A stretch of 64,000 nt of DNA. Origin: a bacterium. Its GTDB lineage: Bacteria > Patescibacteriota > Saccharimonadia > CAILAD01 > GCA-016700035. Under the pieces are notes generated by a model, which did not search any database, had not been told where the DNA came from, and was given only the letters and a program-made list of their open reading frames with translations. The DNA is taken from assembly GCA_016700035.1 (NCBI GenBank), contig CP064998.1, forward strand, positions 662,699 through 726,698, written 5' to 3'. The translations under genes were made by a program, and so were the position numbers. Shown piece by piece: positions 49,625 through 60,458 of the stretch. Each line of letters begins with the position of its first letter. The first letter of the stretch is position 1.

Positions 49625-49660
49625 TTTAAAAAGTCAGCTCGTTTTCACGAACTGACCTAG
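49625..49660 (-). terminator. rho-independent terminator of the zinc-ribbon gene (minus strand)
   Basis: minus strand reads gtcagttcgtgaaaacgagctgac followed by TTTTT. Confidence 0.5.
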
Positions 49661-49998
49661 ATATTGTGCTGAGCAGCGGAAGCGATCTCACAATCCAATA
49701 TACTTGCCAGAGCCTGATGAAAATCCAGCACATCATCATGCGTGATGGCTGGCGCTATATCCGAACGCTTGGGGTCCAGTAGCTCATCTGGCATCTTCCA
49801 AATCCTCTTTGGGCAACCAGCCGCCAGGAGGATATCTACCACATTTGGTGGAGTATGGCGAACTGCCAGCAAGCCACAAAATGAGCAGAAAAAGCTATAA
49901 ACAGATTCGTTGGTAGCTTCACAGCTGGAGATGACAACCTGGTCTGAGCTAAGCTCAACATCTCCGCAACTAAAACAAGTCACCTTGATTAGAGCCAT
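49657..49998 (-). CDS. Cys-rich zinc-ribbon protein; start taken at MALIKVTCFSCGD
   Basis: CxxC...CxxC pairs. Confidence 0.4.
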   Translation of the reverse strand: MALIKVTCFSCGDVELSSDQVVISSCEATNESVYSFFCSFCGLLAVRHTPPNVVDILLAAGCPKRIWKMPDELLDPKRSDIAPAITHDDVLDFHQALASILDCEIASAAQHNI

Positions 49999-50178
49999 AT
50001 CAATCCCCTCTCTTAGGTGCACTATATAAGTGCAATTGTACACGCCATATAACCGGATTCATATATAAAATGCTAGTGTTAGACATTTTTATAAGCCTGT
50101 GGCATAATATTTACCCAGAACAAGTGGCCCTTGGGGGCTATTTTTTATGATTTATTAAAGTATTAAACTTGGAAAATT

Positions 50179-52002
50179 ATGTACGACGCTCAACACATTC
50201 GCAACATTGCCATAGTCGCCCACGTAGACCATGGTAAAACCACCCTGGTGGATGGCCTATTAAAACAATCTAAAACCTTCGCCGACCACCAAGCCGAGAT
50301 GCAGCAAACTACTATTTTAGACTCTGGCGATCTAGAGCGTGAGCGTGGCATCACTATTACTGCTAAAACTACCGCTGTGGAGTATCAAGGCACCAAAATT
50401 AACATTATTGACACTCCTGGACACGCTGATTTTTCCGGTGAAGTTGAGCGGACTCTTTCCATGGCCGATGGAGTTATCTTAGTTGTTGACGCTCAAGAAG
50501 GGCCAATGCCCCAAACCAAATTCGTTCTCACTCGCGCCCTCAAGCTCGGACTTACACCCATTGTAGTAATTAATAAAATTGATAAGCGCGACCAGCGCGT
50601 TAAAGAGGTGGAAGATGAAATTGGTCATCTATTTTTAGACTTAGCTACTTCCGACGATCAGCTTGATTATCCAACTTATTATGCTATTGGGCGAGAAGGG
50701 AAAGCCTGGACCTCCATGCCCAACAACCCATCAGCTAATGCTGACCTCACGCCTGTTTTTGAAGCCATCATCGAGTACATTCCAGCTCCAAAAGTGGAGG
50801 CTGGCAAGCCGTTTCAAATGCTGGTGACTTCTTTAGCTTGGGATTCGTACCAGGGCAAATATGCAATTGGCCGAATTCAACGGGGCCAGATAAAGGCTGG
50901 TGATGTCATAGTTCGTATTGCCACCGACGGAACCGAGCACAAGACTAAGGTTGATAAAATCTTTGTTTCTCGTGGGCTTGAACGCGTGGAAGTAACCTCC
51001 GCCAATGCCGGAGAAATCGCCCAGCTAACCGGCATTGCCGACGCTCACATTGGTGAAACATTGGCCGATATAAATGAGCCAACTGCCCTTCCAGTGATGG
51101 AAATTGAAGCCCCTACCCTGCAGATTGCCCTCTCGCCGAACACTTCACCATTTGCCGGCAAGGAAGGTAAATTTACCACCTCGCGCCAGATTGCCGGGCG
51201 CCTGCAGAAAGAACTCGAAACCAACGTCAGCTTACGAGTTGAAGAACAGGGTACCACTTTCCTCGTTTCAGGACGTGGTGAACTCCATCTCTCGGTACTA
51301 ATTGAAACACTCCGGCGTGAGGGCTACGAGTTTGAGGTTGGTCGTCCAACCGTGGTGTACAAAGAAGAAAATGGCAAAAAACTCGAACCCATCGAAGAGC
51401 TGATGGTGGAAGTACCGGAAGAATTTACCGGCACGGTGAATGCCGAACTCGGTCGTCGTCGGGCTGAATTAAAAGACATGCAACCCACCACCAAGGGCGT
51501 GACACAACTCGTCTTCCACCTGCCGACTCGCGCGCTTTTGGGCTTGCGCAACTTACTCCTCACTGCCACCAAGGGTACGGTAATTATGAACAGCCTACTT
51601 ATTGGCTATGAGCCTGTTGGCGCCCCGCTGGCTAAGCTCCGTAATGGTGTTTTGGTATCGGCCGAAAACGGCAATGCAGTGACCTACTCCTTAAAAACCG
51701 TCGAGGAACGTGGCACAGCTTTTATCGGTCCGGGCACTAAAGTGTACGAAGGCATGATAATTGGCCTCAACCGCCGTTCTGATGATATGGAAATTAATGT
51801 TTGCAAAGAAAAGAAGCTAACCAACGTGCGTGCCAGCTCGACCGACATGACCACGCAACTCACACCTTTCACAGAGCTTTCGCTCGAAGAGGCGCTAGAT
51901 TTTATTGAAAATGATGAACTCCTCGAAGTCACTCCAGAGTCTATTCGTATGCGCAAGCGTTTTCTCAAAGCTGGCGAACGCAAGAAGGCCGCAAAGAGCT
52001 AA
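50179..52002 (+). CDS. typA: translational GTPase TypA/BipA
   Basis: [18 protein letters not shown]1 motif and BipA-type domain order, 607 aa. Confidence 0.9.
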   Translation: MYDAQHIRNIAIVAHVDHGKTTLVDGLLKQSKTFADHQAEMQQTTILDSGDLERERGITITAKTTAVEYQGTKINIIDTPGHADFSGEVERTLSMADGVILVVDAQEGPMPQTKFVLTRALKLGLTPIVVINKIDKRDQRVKEVEDEIGHLFLDLATSDDQLDYPTYYAIGREGKAWTSMPNNPSANADLTPVFEAIIEYIPAPKVEAGKPFQMLVTSLAWDSYQGKYAIGRIQRGQIKAGDVIVRIATDGTEHKTKVDKIFVSRGLERVEVTSANAGEIAQLTGIADAHIGETLADINEPTALPVMEIEAPTLQIALSPNTSPFAGKEGKFTTSRQIAGRLQKELETNVSLRVEEQGTTFLVSGRGELHLSVLIETLRREGYEFEVGRPTVVYKEENGKKLEPIEELMVEVPEEFTGTVNAELGRRRAELKDMQPTTKGVTQLVFHLPTRALLGLRNLLLTATKGTVIMNSLLIGYEPVGAPLAKLRNGVLVSAENGNAVTYSLKTVEERGTAFIGPGTKVYEGMIIGLNRRSDDMEINVCKEKKLTNVRASSTDMTTQLTPFTELSLEEALDFIENDELLEVTPESIRMRKRFLKAGERKKAAKS

Positions 52003-52013
52003 GTGCTCAGCGG

Positions 52014-55000
52014 CTAAAGTTTTTTCAACGGTGCAAAATTTAAATTCAAACGCTTAATCCCCACTCGCTCAAACGAGACCTGCACATCATGATCTTCAAT
52101 GTCTAACACCTTCCCCACCCCAAACATGGCGTGCTCCACTGTGTCACCAATTTCCAGCTCCACTACATGCTCCAGCTCATCTGGAAACGGGTCACTTCGG
52201 TAGCCAGCATCACGATTCTTATCTGAACCAAATCTTGGCAAACCAACCCCCAGTCTATGACCCCCAATAATTAAGCCGGCCTCTGAGTAATCTGGTGGAA
52301 TCTCCATAATAAAGCGCGAGATAGTATTGCGCTGAGTGGAGCCATACAATAAACGCATCGTGGCATGTGTGAGGTATAAACGCTCACGAGCCCTGGTCAT
52401 TCCCACATAGCAAAGTCGTCGCTCTTCCTCTAGCTCGGCCGGTTCAAATAAAGTGCGGGAATGCGGAAGAATTCCCTCCTCCATACCAATCATAAACACC
52501 ACTCGAAACTCCAGCCCTTTGGCGGCATGCAACGTCATAAGAGTAACCGCATCAGTACTCGTCTCCCATCCGTCCAAGTCGGTTACGAGTGAAATTTCCG
52601 ACAAAAACTCCTCCAGTGCCGTAGTGCCAAAGCCACGTGCCACGCCCAGAAATTCCTGCACGTTTTCAATTCGATCACCAGCCGTTAAAGATCCGTCATT
52701 AAGCGCATCTAAATAGCCAGTTTTTTTCAAAATTAACTCAGCTAGCTCAGCTACCGGCAAACGCTCCGAAGACTCCCGAAAATCATGGATGAGAGTAGCA
52801 AACCCCTCGAAAGCTGCTTTGGCTTTTGGTGTTAGGCCTGGAATTTCTCCAGCACTGGCACAAGCCGTGAGGATATCTAGATCGTGCAAAGACGCATAAT
52901 CACTCATTACCGCCAGAGACTTATCCCCCAGCCCCCGAGCTGGCACATTTACAATCCGGCGCCAACTCACGGTGTCCTGTGGGTTAGCCACAAATCGCAT
53001 ATAAGCCAAGGTGTCTTTAATCTCTTTACGCTCATAGAAACGCAGACCACCAACGATTTGATACGGCATATTGTAGCGTAAAAATGATTCTTCCAAACTG
53101 CGTGACTGAGCGTTTGTGCGATACAATACTGCACAATCAGAATACTTATAACCCTGCTCGGCCACCAACTTATCGATCGCCTGAATAACAAACTGCCCTT
53201 CAGCCTGCTCATCCGCAACCTGCTGAATAATAATTTTTTCACCCTGGCCCAGTTGAGTAAAGAGTTGCTTATCGGTACGTACTGTATTTTTAGTAATAAC
53301 CGAATGGGCAGCATCTAATATGTGCTGGGTAGAACGGTAATTCTGTTCCAGCTTGATGACTTTAGCGTTCGGATAGTCTGACTCAAAATTTAATATATTC
53401 TCATAATTTGCGCCCCGCCACGAGTAAATTGAATTATGCACAGCCACCCCATCTACTATATAATTATGCACTTTGCTAATATCCAAGTCGTAAACAAATC
53501 CTTGGTATGATTCACGCTCCACCTTGACAATACGATCGTCAATGAGCTGGCCACGAGCGTTGAGAGTTGGCAAAACCATGTCCTTATATACCTGACCAGC
53601 CAACATAAAGGAAAATTTTTGGGCTGTCAGAAAACCATATTTTGTTACCCGCATAGCTGGGTTCGCAAAACTAAGTAGGGTGGCCTCGAGAGAGCCATAG
53701 TCCAGACTATGTATTTCTGCTCGATGTGTGCCGGCTCTGCCAGACCTTACCCGTAAACCAGCCTGAGTAAGAATCTCTAGAGCAATTTTGCTTGTGGTAT
53801 TCACCGATAGCCGGCTGGCCGACCATGGGCTTATCCGACTAACTCGCTTATCCCCAAAAAGCACCAAATTAACATTTACGCGGCTCTGCTCGCCTCGAGT
53901 TGTAGCCTGTGGTGAAAAATGCGGATAATCATAATCCAATCTAAAATCTGCCATAAGTGACTTAGCCCTCTCGGTTGTGTCAATCTCTTGATACAACGTA
54001 TTGATCTGCTGTTGCGATAGGCTCATCGAGCGATTTGGCAAGGCATGAAAGACCATCATTGGTATGCCGTATTTATAGGCCAGCAAAGACTCTTGCAGTA
54101 TCGCATCAGATCGGTTTTGCGTAACGGCTAAAACCCACATACTATCCGCTCGTTCTTGATTGGCTCGCACCCTCAGGCCGGTATCGTACTTCTTGCCGTC
54201 AAACCGTGTTCCTCGAGCTATACCAATACGAAACCCAAACTGCTGTGCATACATTAAGTACACAAAATACGATTCGGTCATACCCCAGCGAGCAAACAAA
54301 ATATGGTTCGGCGTTATCCGTAGCAGTTTACCCGACTCAGTCATAATCTTGATGAGTTCTCCAGAATATTTAAACCGCTTTCTTTTCTGTACCGAAAAGA
54401 ACTGAGTATTCCCATGCCCACTTGCCGATCGCACCTCGTCCCCTTGCGCCACTTGCTCAATCGCCTTCCAGCCAGTCTTGGTCTCAATCTGACTGCCGGT
54501 CGGAATACATTGCCAGTCATCGCCAACTACGCAAATATTGTTGTGAGCCACTGCTAACATTTGGATAAGACGATATTGGGCATGGTTTGTATCTTGATAC
54601 TCGTCTACTAAAATATAGGCAAACTGCTTCTGGTAGCGCTCCAAAACTTCAGTATTTTCCTCAAACAGTCGCACTGTTTGCATAATAATATCGTCAAAAT
54701 CCATCGCGCCATTCTCACGCAAACGGCGTCGATACTCTGGATAGACTCGCGCAGCTGTCTCCTGCATTCTGCCTTGAGCAAGCTTAGCGTATTCGCCAGG
54801 TAAAATCAGCTCATTCTTAGCCGATGAAATGGCTGAGCGAATGGCCTGCGGAGAAAAGACTTTTTCTTCAATGCCCAGATCTTTACAAACCAGCTTCACC
54901 ACCGCCTGTGCATCGGCCTCATCATAAATAACAAAGCTCTGCGGATAGCCAATCTGCATAGCCTCCCGACGCAATATTCGAACAGCAATCGAGTGGAAAG

Positions 55001-55271
55001 TCCCCAAAAAAGGCAGATAACTCCGGTCATCACTGTCTCGACCCAATAGGCTATTAATCCGTTGACGCATCTCCGTTGCCGCCTTATTGGTAAAAGTAAC
55101 CGCCAAAATATTGGATGGATGTATTTTCTTTTCTTCCACCAAATAAGCTATGCGATGAGTCAGCGTCTTAGTTTTACCAGAACCTGCCCCGGCTAGCATT
55201 AATACCGGGCCATCAACCGTTAAAACCCCTTCGCGCTGGGCCTCATTCAAATCCTGCAAGAGTGCGTGCAT
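52014..55271 (-). CDS. pcrA: ATP-dependent DNA helicase PcrA/UvrD interrupted by an in-frame intein
   Basis: AGAGSGKT Walker A, DEYQDTN motif II, motif III split as VVGDDWQ | intein | SIYSWRGA; start taken at MHALLQDL. Confidence 0.85.
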   Translation of the reverse strand: MHALLQDLNEAQREGVLTVDGPVLMLAGAGSGKTKTLTHRIAYLVEEKKIHPSNILAVTFTNKAATEMRQRINSLLGRDSDDRSYLPFLGTFHSIAVRILRREAMQIGYPQSFVIYDEADAQAVVKLVCKDLGIEEKVFSPQAIRSAISSAKNELILPGEYAKLAQGRMQETAARVYPEYRRRLRENGAMDFDDIIMQTVRLFEENTEVLERYQKQFAYILVDEYQDTNHAQYRLIQMLAVAHNNICVVGDDWQCIPTGSQIETKTGWKAIEQVAQGDEVRSASGHGNTQFFSVQKRKRFKYSGELIKIMTESGKLLRITPNHILFARWGMTESYFVYLMYAQQFGFRIGIARGTRFDGKKYDTGLRVRANQERADSMWVLAVTQNRSDAILQESLLAYKYGIPMMVFHALPNRSMSLSQQQINTLYQEIDTTERAKSLMADFRLDYDYPHFSPQATTRGEQSRVNVNLVLFGDKRVSRISPWSASRLSVNTTSKIALEILTQAGLRVRSGRAGTHRAEIHSLDYGSLEATLLSFANPAMRVTKYGFLTAQKFSFMLAGQVYKDMVLPTLNARGQLIDDRIVKVERESYQGFVYDLDISKVHNYIVDGVAVHNSIYSWRGANYENILNFESDYPNAKVIKLEQNYRSTQHILDAAHSVITKNTVRTDKQLFTQLGQGEKIIIQQVADEQAEGQFVIQAIDKLVAEQGYKYSDCAVLYRTNAQSRSLEESFLRYNMPYQIVGGLRFYERKEIKDTLAYMRFVANPQDTVSWRRIVNVPARGLGDKSLAVMSDYASLHDLDILTACASAGEIPGLTPKAKAAFEGFATLIHDFRESSERLPVAELAELILKKTGYLDALNDGSLTAGDRIENVQEFLGVARGFGTTALEEFLSEISLVTDLDGWETSTDAVTLMTLHAAKGLEFRVVFMIGMEEGILPHSRTLFEPAELEEERRLCYVGMTRARERLYLTHATMRLLYGSTQRNTISRFIMEIPPDYSEAGLIIGGHRLGVGLPRFGSDKNRDAGYRSDPFPDELEHVVELEIGDTVEHAMFGVGKVLDIEDHDVQVSFERVGIKRLNLNFAPLKKL
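53433..54509 (-). mobile_element. intein (about 359 aa) in helicase motif III of PcrA/UvrD; coordinates from residue arithmetic
   Basis: Starts with Cys after VVGDDWQ (block A CIPTGSQIET) and has block B ITPNHILF. Block F is FVYDLDISKVHNYIV and block G is VAVHN followed by +1 Ser. Removing it restores VVGDDWQSIYSWRGA. Confidence 0.8.
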
Positions 55272-55373
55272 AATTACCATTCTACCTGAACAAAGCATAA
55301 GCCGAAAGTCTTACGAAAACCTTTATGCTTAAGGTGTTTTTAGTGCGCAAAAAATGTATACTAAAAAATAAGT

Positions 55374-56363
55374 ATGGACCCGAATACACCAACAGATAGC
55401 ATGCCAACCCCAACTGGTGAAAAAGAATTTGCCAAGCTCGGTAACCACCCAGAGCTGCCACCAGCCGAACGGCAAAAGCGTAAAATCATAAAACTATCCA
55501 TCATTGCTGGGGCAGTAGTTTTAGTATTTGTCCTGGTACCAGTACTAATTCTAACAATTGCTAAGAATACCAAGCCAAAAGCTACCGATAATAATCTTGT
55601 AATAACTACTAAACCATCCGTTGATCCCAGTACGGTATCAAGCTTGGGGCCAGAACGAGTTTTTATACGTAATGCCGCCAGTTTTAATGTTCCGTACAAT
55701 CTTGCCATCACTGTCCCAACCGCCTGGGATGCTGCTTTTACAGATGCCCCAAGTAGGTCTTATCCGTGGGAAAATAGCACTCTCATCCAAGCACTTACCT
55801 CTAAGTTCTCACCGCTCTCAAACTCTAATACTAGTATTGTTTCCGGCAACTACATAGCAATTATTGATGTGACCGACTGGCTTAAGACGGACAAAAATGT
55901 TGTACCAATGACAATTCAGCAAAAACAGCAATGGTTTAATAATCTAGTTGGCATTAATCCGCAAAATTATGTCAATATCTCTAACCAAACAACCAATCCT
56001 CGGCTTAGTTCAGAAGCAGGTGGTCGCCAACATCTCACTCCCGTGGCTGTAGCTGAAAACCGCCTGCGCGGCATCAGCTACATCACTAATCGCTCAATGA
56101 ATGCCTACACGCCAGAGATTATTACTATGTTAGCAGGCACGTACGAGGGTAAAAATATTATTATTTACAGCCAGCACAATGTGCGCGATACCGCCTGGGC
56201 TAACATAAATGAACTACGTGAGCGAAGCGACCAGGAAACAAACGCCCAAACCAACAACACAACAGCCGACTTCCAGCGTGGCCTTTTGGGAGCCGACACC
56301 ATAGCCATTCATGATGAATATCTCAAAGCGATCAATACCGTATCACTAAAGCTAGCCGAATAA
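55374..56363 (+). CDS. membrane-anchored hypothetical protein with large extracellular domain
   Basis: N-terminal TM after about 40 residues; Asn/Thr-rich body. Confidence 0.45.
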   Translation: MDPNTPTDSMPTPTGEKEFAKLGNHPELPPAERQKRKIIKLSIIAGAVVLVFVLVPVLILTIAKNTKPKATDNNLVITTKPSVDPSTVSSLGPERVFIRNAASFNVPYNLAITVPTAWDAAFTDAPSRSYPWENSTLIQALTSKFSPLSNSNTSIVSGNYIAIIDVTDWLKTDKNVVPMTIQQKQQWFNNLVGINPQNYVNISNQTTNPRLSSEAGGRQHLTPVAVAENRLRGISYITNRSMNAYTPEIITMLAGTYEGKNIIIYSQHNVRDTAWANINELRERSDQETNAQTNNTTADFQRGLLGADTIAIHDEYLKAINTVSLKLAE

Positions 56364-56364
56364 T

Positions 56365-56886
56365 CTAGCTGGTACGAGTTTTTACAATGTGCTCACGTGC
56401 TCCAGCAGCATCGGTCCAGCCATCAAAATGAACATCTACACCAGTCCAGTCATTTTTCCAGTCTTTGTAGTGAGTGTAAAAATGCTCAATGTATTTTTTA
56501 AACGTATCACCTAACTGATCAACTTCGGTTAGATAATCTTTGGTGCTGTCTTTAACCGGTACACAAATTAGCTTCTCATCACCCTCACCGTCATCCACCA
56601 TTCGTACCATTCCAATGGCTCGACATGGCACAACCACTCCTGGAAATAGAGGCTCATCAATTATCACTAAGGCATCTAGCGGATCGCCATCATCACACAG
56701 CGTATCTGGCACATAGCCATAATCGTATGGATAACCAAAGGCCACATTATTAACACGGTCTAGAAATACCGCCCCCGTATCCTTATCAACTTCATATTTA
56801 TTCTTTAGCTGACCGCGCGGAATTTCAATAACCACATTGACCACTTCCGGCGCTTTTTTACCAATCCCAACATTTTTTAAAGACAT
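56365..56886 (-). CDS. ppa: inorganic pyrophosphatase
   Basis: YEVDKDTG...DGDPLDALVI family I PPase motifs. Confidence 0.9.
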   Translation of the reverse strand: MSLKNVGIGKKAPEVVNVVIEIPRGQLKNKYEVDKDTGAVFLDRVNNVAFGYPYDYGYVPDTLCDDGDPLDALVIIDEPLFPGVVVPCRAIGMVRMVDDGEGDEKLICVPVKDSTKDYLTEVDQLGDTFKKYIEHFYTHYKDWKNDWTGVDVHFDGWTDAAGAREHIVKTRTS

Positions 56887-56942
56887 ATTTTTCTCCAGAT
56901 ATTTACTTCTATAGGTTAGATAATTCTCGAGATTATTTCAAG

Positions 56943-57220
56943 CTATAGGGCTAGCGCGAGCCATGCAAGACATGCCGCCCCCACAAGTAACCAGCGCCAC
57001 ACAAGCGGCTGTCTCCATATCAACACCATAACTATCACATAAGCCACGACCAACCAAACCATGTAATTAAATCTTTCAAGCAACTGCGGATCAAGCCGTC
57101 CTCCGGCAAAGTCGCCAACACTAAAGAATCTATAAAGAGCCGACAATAACACCAGTCCAATAGCTAAAATTACCGAACAAACCGATGTAAGCACTGATAA
57201 TATTCTACTGTATTTGGACC
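56943..57220 (-). CDS. possible small membrane protein; start unresolved; ORF-track version overlaps the tpiA 3' end
   Basis: hydrophobic helices only. Confidence 0.25.
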
Positions 57221-57223
57221 AAA

Positions 57224-57991
57224 CTATGATGTAGCTGCCTTTTCGACAATCGCCGCAAAACTCTTGTAGTTGGTACTCGCACCACCCACCAGCAGACCCT
57301 GGCAATCGTGAAGTTTTAGATAACTTAAGGCATTACTGGCATTAACACTACCACCATACAAGAGCGGAATGGCATTGGTGAGGGCTGAGCCATGTATTGT
57401 CGATAGGCACTTTCGGATATACTCAAACATCTCACGCGCATCAGTTGGCCGAGCATTTTCACCGCTACCAATAGCCCAAACTGGCTCGTAGGCAATAATT
57501 ACATCGGCTAGTTCTTCGGGGGTTAAAAGTGAGAGCCCCGTTTCAAGCTGATCGGCCACCACTTGTTTGGCATGACCAGACTCCCGTTCGTGCCGAGTTT
57601 CGCCAATGCATAGAATTGGCGTTAAGTCATGCCGACGCGTGGCGGCAACTTTTTGCGCCACCAAGCCATCTCGCTCCTTAAATGTATGGCGACGCTCAGA
57701 GTGACCACACAAAACATAACTCACTAAATCCGCCACCATAGCAATGCTAATTTCACCAGTAAAAGCTCCTTCATCCATTGGATAAGCGTTCTGCACTCCA
57801 AGAGCAAACTTATCATGCTCGGATAATTCATTGCGTACCGTCGTAATATCGACTGATGGTGGGCATAACACCACTTGTACATCGGCTGGCACACGACCAA
57901 CTTCTTTTTTTAACCGGTTCACTAGCAAGCTAGCTTCTGCCGGTGAGCAGTACATTTTCCAGTTACCAACAATGTAAGTCTTTTTTGCCAT
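57224..57991 (-). CDS. tpiA: triosephosphate isomerase
   Basis: GNWKMY start region and AYEPVWAIGSG, GGSV motifs. Confidence 0.9.
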   Translation of the reverse strand: MAKKTYIVGNWKMYCSPAEASLLVNRLKKEVGRVPADVQVVLCPPSVDITTVRNELSEHDKFALGVQNAYPMDEGAFTGEISIAMVADLVSYVLCGHSERRHTFKERDGLVAQKVAATRRHDLTPILCIGETRHERESGHAKQVVADQLETGLSLLTPEELADVIIAYEPVWAIGSGENARPTDAREMFEYIRKCLSTIHGSALTNAIPLLYGGSVNASNALSYLKLHDCQGLLVGGASTNYKSFAAIVEKAATS

Positions 57992-58025
57992 AATGCTTAT
58001 GTTCTATTGTAGCATTTTATCAATT

Positions 58026-58466
58026 CTAAAAAAGTGCAATTGCCAACAGACGTGACACCATAAATTGCCCAAATAAAATAATCCCCGTATAGATTACCAG
58101 AAATCGCCAGCGCACTCCCTGCCGATAAGCTAGGCGCATTGCAAACAGCCCCAAGGCCAATAAGCTGAATACCAGAGCTAGCTGTAATGCCACATAGATC
58201 TTGCCATTTGGCTCGCACCATAGTGGTAATGTATAAGCCTGTTCATAGCCACAGTTTGCCAATAACGCCAGCACAAAAGACCAAGCCAACCAAAACTCAA
58301 TTAGTAAGAAGGGTGTAAAAAATATTGCCTGCCACCAGCGGGTATATTTTGGCAGCCTTTTTGGTGGAAGTGGCACATTTGCCACATATTTACCACTCCC
58401 CGATCCTTTGCGAACCTGTCGTGATTTATGGCCTGACCGCAACTTAGATACTTTTTTAGCCACCAT
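58026..58466 (-). CDS. hypothetical membrane protein with basic N-terminus
   Basis: 3-4 predicted TM helices. Confidence 0.45.
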   Translation of the reverse strand: MVAKKVSKLRSGHKSRQVRKGSGSGKYVANVPLPPKRLPKYTRWWQAIFFTPFLLIEFWLAWSFVLALLANCGYEQAYTLPLWCEPNGKIYVALQLALVFSLLALGLFAMRLAYRQGVRWRFLVIYTGIILFGQFMVSRLLAIALF

Positions 58467-58467
58467 A

Positions 58468-59883
58468 TTACGCCACCAAGAGCCTTACTGTATCGGTTTT
58501 TCCAGACACCCCAACATGCGTTCCAAAGGCCGACACCACCATGTCACCTTTATTTAATGCGCCACGACGCCGGAAATCGGCAATAACCTCGACATGGATC
58601 AAGCGATTCTTAGGCACCAGAAAAGCTTTACCGCCCCACACTATCGATAGCTGATTGCAGATTCGCTCATCTGGACTAGCCATAATAATCGCTGCATTCG
58701 GTCGCATTGAAGAAATTGACAATGCTGTTGAACCAGTCAGAGTTTCAGCCACTATCAGCTTAGCACCAACATGATTAGCTAGCGTAATAGAGGCTAGATT
58801 AACGGCATCCTGCGCACTATGGGCAGCAGTCAAGAGGCTTGAAGTACCAAGCTGCCGACTCTCCACCAAATAAGCTTCCGAGGATAAGATAATCCGCTTC
58901 ATCATCTGCACAGTCTCAACCGGAAATGCCCCTGTAGCAGTCTCACCCGAGAGCATCACCGCATCCACCCCTAGAGATACTGCCGTAGCCACATCATTCA
59001 CCTCGGCTCGAGTTGGCTGTAAGCTATTAGTCATCGTCTCCAGCATCTGAGTGGCCATAATAACTGGTCGCTTTTTCTCGCGACAAATCCTAATAATCTT
59101 CCGCCCTACAATTGGCACCAGCTCCGGGCTAGTCTCGGTGGCTAAATCACCGCGCGCTATCATCACTACATCTGACGCTTCGATAATTTCATATAAGTTA
59201 TCAACCGCTGGTGCTGTTTCAATTTTTGCAATAATCCGTACATTTTGCTTGGATTTTTTAATAATCGCTCGCAGTCGCTCTATATCTTCTGCAGTATGGA
59301 TAAAAGATAAGGCTATGTAATCAATGTCTTGGGTTAGGCCAAACTTCACATCAGCCAAGTCTTTCTCGGTCAGTTTCGACCCCTCCATGAGTGTATCGGG
59401 TAAATTAATGCCGTGTTGCGAACCAAATTTACCACCACTCAAGACACGCGCTTTAACTACACCAGATCGAGCCGAAACTATCTCTGTTGTCACCTGCCCA
59501 TCACGTAATAATAGACGTTCACCTTTTTTTACTTCACCAGTAAAATCGTACTGAATTGGGATTTGACCGACCTTGGTTGTACCTTCCAGCGCAAACTCCA
59601 ACGTATCCCCAGCTGACACCGAAAGCATCTGCTCCACCGTGCCAATACGGATTTTTGGCCCCTGTAAATCTTGAATAATTGCCACCGAGCGCTTAAGTTT
59701 ATGGGCTGCCACACGAACTTTTTTGATTACCTCAGCATGCCAGCTATGACGGTTATGAGAAAAATTTAATCGTACTCCGTTCACACCAGATTTTAACAAG
59801 GCTTCAATCTTTTCTTCGCTAGCCGGACCAATCGTGGCGATAATTTTAGTCTTTTTATATTGACTGGCATCGATCTTGCTCAT
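58468..59883 (-). CDS. pyk: pyruvate kinase (471 aa; start at MSKIDASQYKKTKIIATIGP, ATG confirmed at 59881-59883)
   Basis: KIIATIGPAS and RLNFSHN motifs. The ORF-track N-terminal extension is non-homologous. Confidence 0.9.
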   Translation of the reverse strand: MSKIDASQYKKTKIIATIGPASEEKIEALLKSGVNGVRLNFSHNRHSWHAEVIKKVRVAAHKLKRSVAIIQDLQGPKIRIGTVEQMLSVSAGDTLEFALEGTTKVGQIPIQYDFTGEVKKGERLLLRDGQVTTEIVSARSGVVKARVLSGGKFGSQHGINLPDTLMEGSKLTEKDLADVKFGLTQDIDYIALSFIHTAEDIERLRAIIKKSKQNVRIIAKIETAPAVDNLYEIIEASDVVMIARGDLATETSPELVPIVGRKIIRICREKKRPVIMATQMLETMTNSLQPTRAEVNDVATAVSLGVDAVMLSGETATGAFPVETVQMMKRIILSSEAYLVESRQLGTSSLLTAAHSAQDAVNLASITLANHVGAKLIVAETLTGSTALSISSMRPNAAIIMASPDERICNQLSIVWGGKAFLVPKNRLIHVEVIADFRRRGALNKGDMVVSAFGTHVGVSGKTDTVRLLVA

Positions 59884-59992
59884 GCCTATATTGTACAGCA
59901 ACATGGACAATCTGCGCTTGTATTGACAAAACATAACTTTTTTGCTATAATAGTTTAGTTCATCGTACCCAAAAACACCCCTAGGAGTTGGC

Positions 59993-60403
59993 ATGCCGCC
60001 ACGTTCCCCCATCCCTCGCCGTGTCGACACCGGCGAACGCGACTTCGTTCGCGAAAGCAAAGTGCAGTTGCGTCGTGAGCGGCGCATCGAGCGCTGGCTC
60101 ATCATCAGCTGCATCGTAGCCATGGCTATCGGTGCGCTCTTGCTACTAGCAGCTAGCAACGCCGTGAGCTGCACCGGCCAGCAGACCGTGAAGGTCTACA
60201 CCGGCGACACTCTCAACACCCTCATTCTGGGCAATGTTGAGGGTGCCATGGACGACTCGGTATCGTTCGAGCAGGTTCGCTACCTCATCACTGAGGAGCA
60301 GCCAAAGCTCAACGGCACCATCTACCATGGTGATGCGGTGCAACTTCCGACAAGCTGTCGGAGCGCTGGTTTCACCTCTGGCTGGGAAAAGAGCAGATCG
60401 TAA
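59993..60403 (+). CDS. membrane-anchored LysM-like domain protein, high GC
   Basis: TM IISCIVAMAIGALLLLAA; VKVYTGDTLNTLILGNV...YHGDAVQLP LysM-like; strong GC-stem terminator at 60412-60458. Confidence 0.5.
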   Translation: MPPRSPIPRRVDTGERDFVRESKVQLRRERRIERWLIISCIVAMAIGALLLLAASNAVSCTGQQTVKVYTGDTLNTLILGNVEGAMDDSVSFEQVRYLITEEQPKLNGTIYHGDAVQLPTSCRSAGFTSGWEKSRS

Positions 60404-60411
60404 AAAGCTCT

Positions 60412-60458
60412 AGCCCCACCCGCCCTTCCTCTTAAAAAGAAGGGCGGGGTTTTTAATT
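60412..60458. terminator. bidirectional rho-independent terminator
   Basis: ccccacccgcccttcctcttaaaaagaagggcggggt followed by TTTTAATT. Confidence 0.6.
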
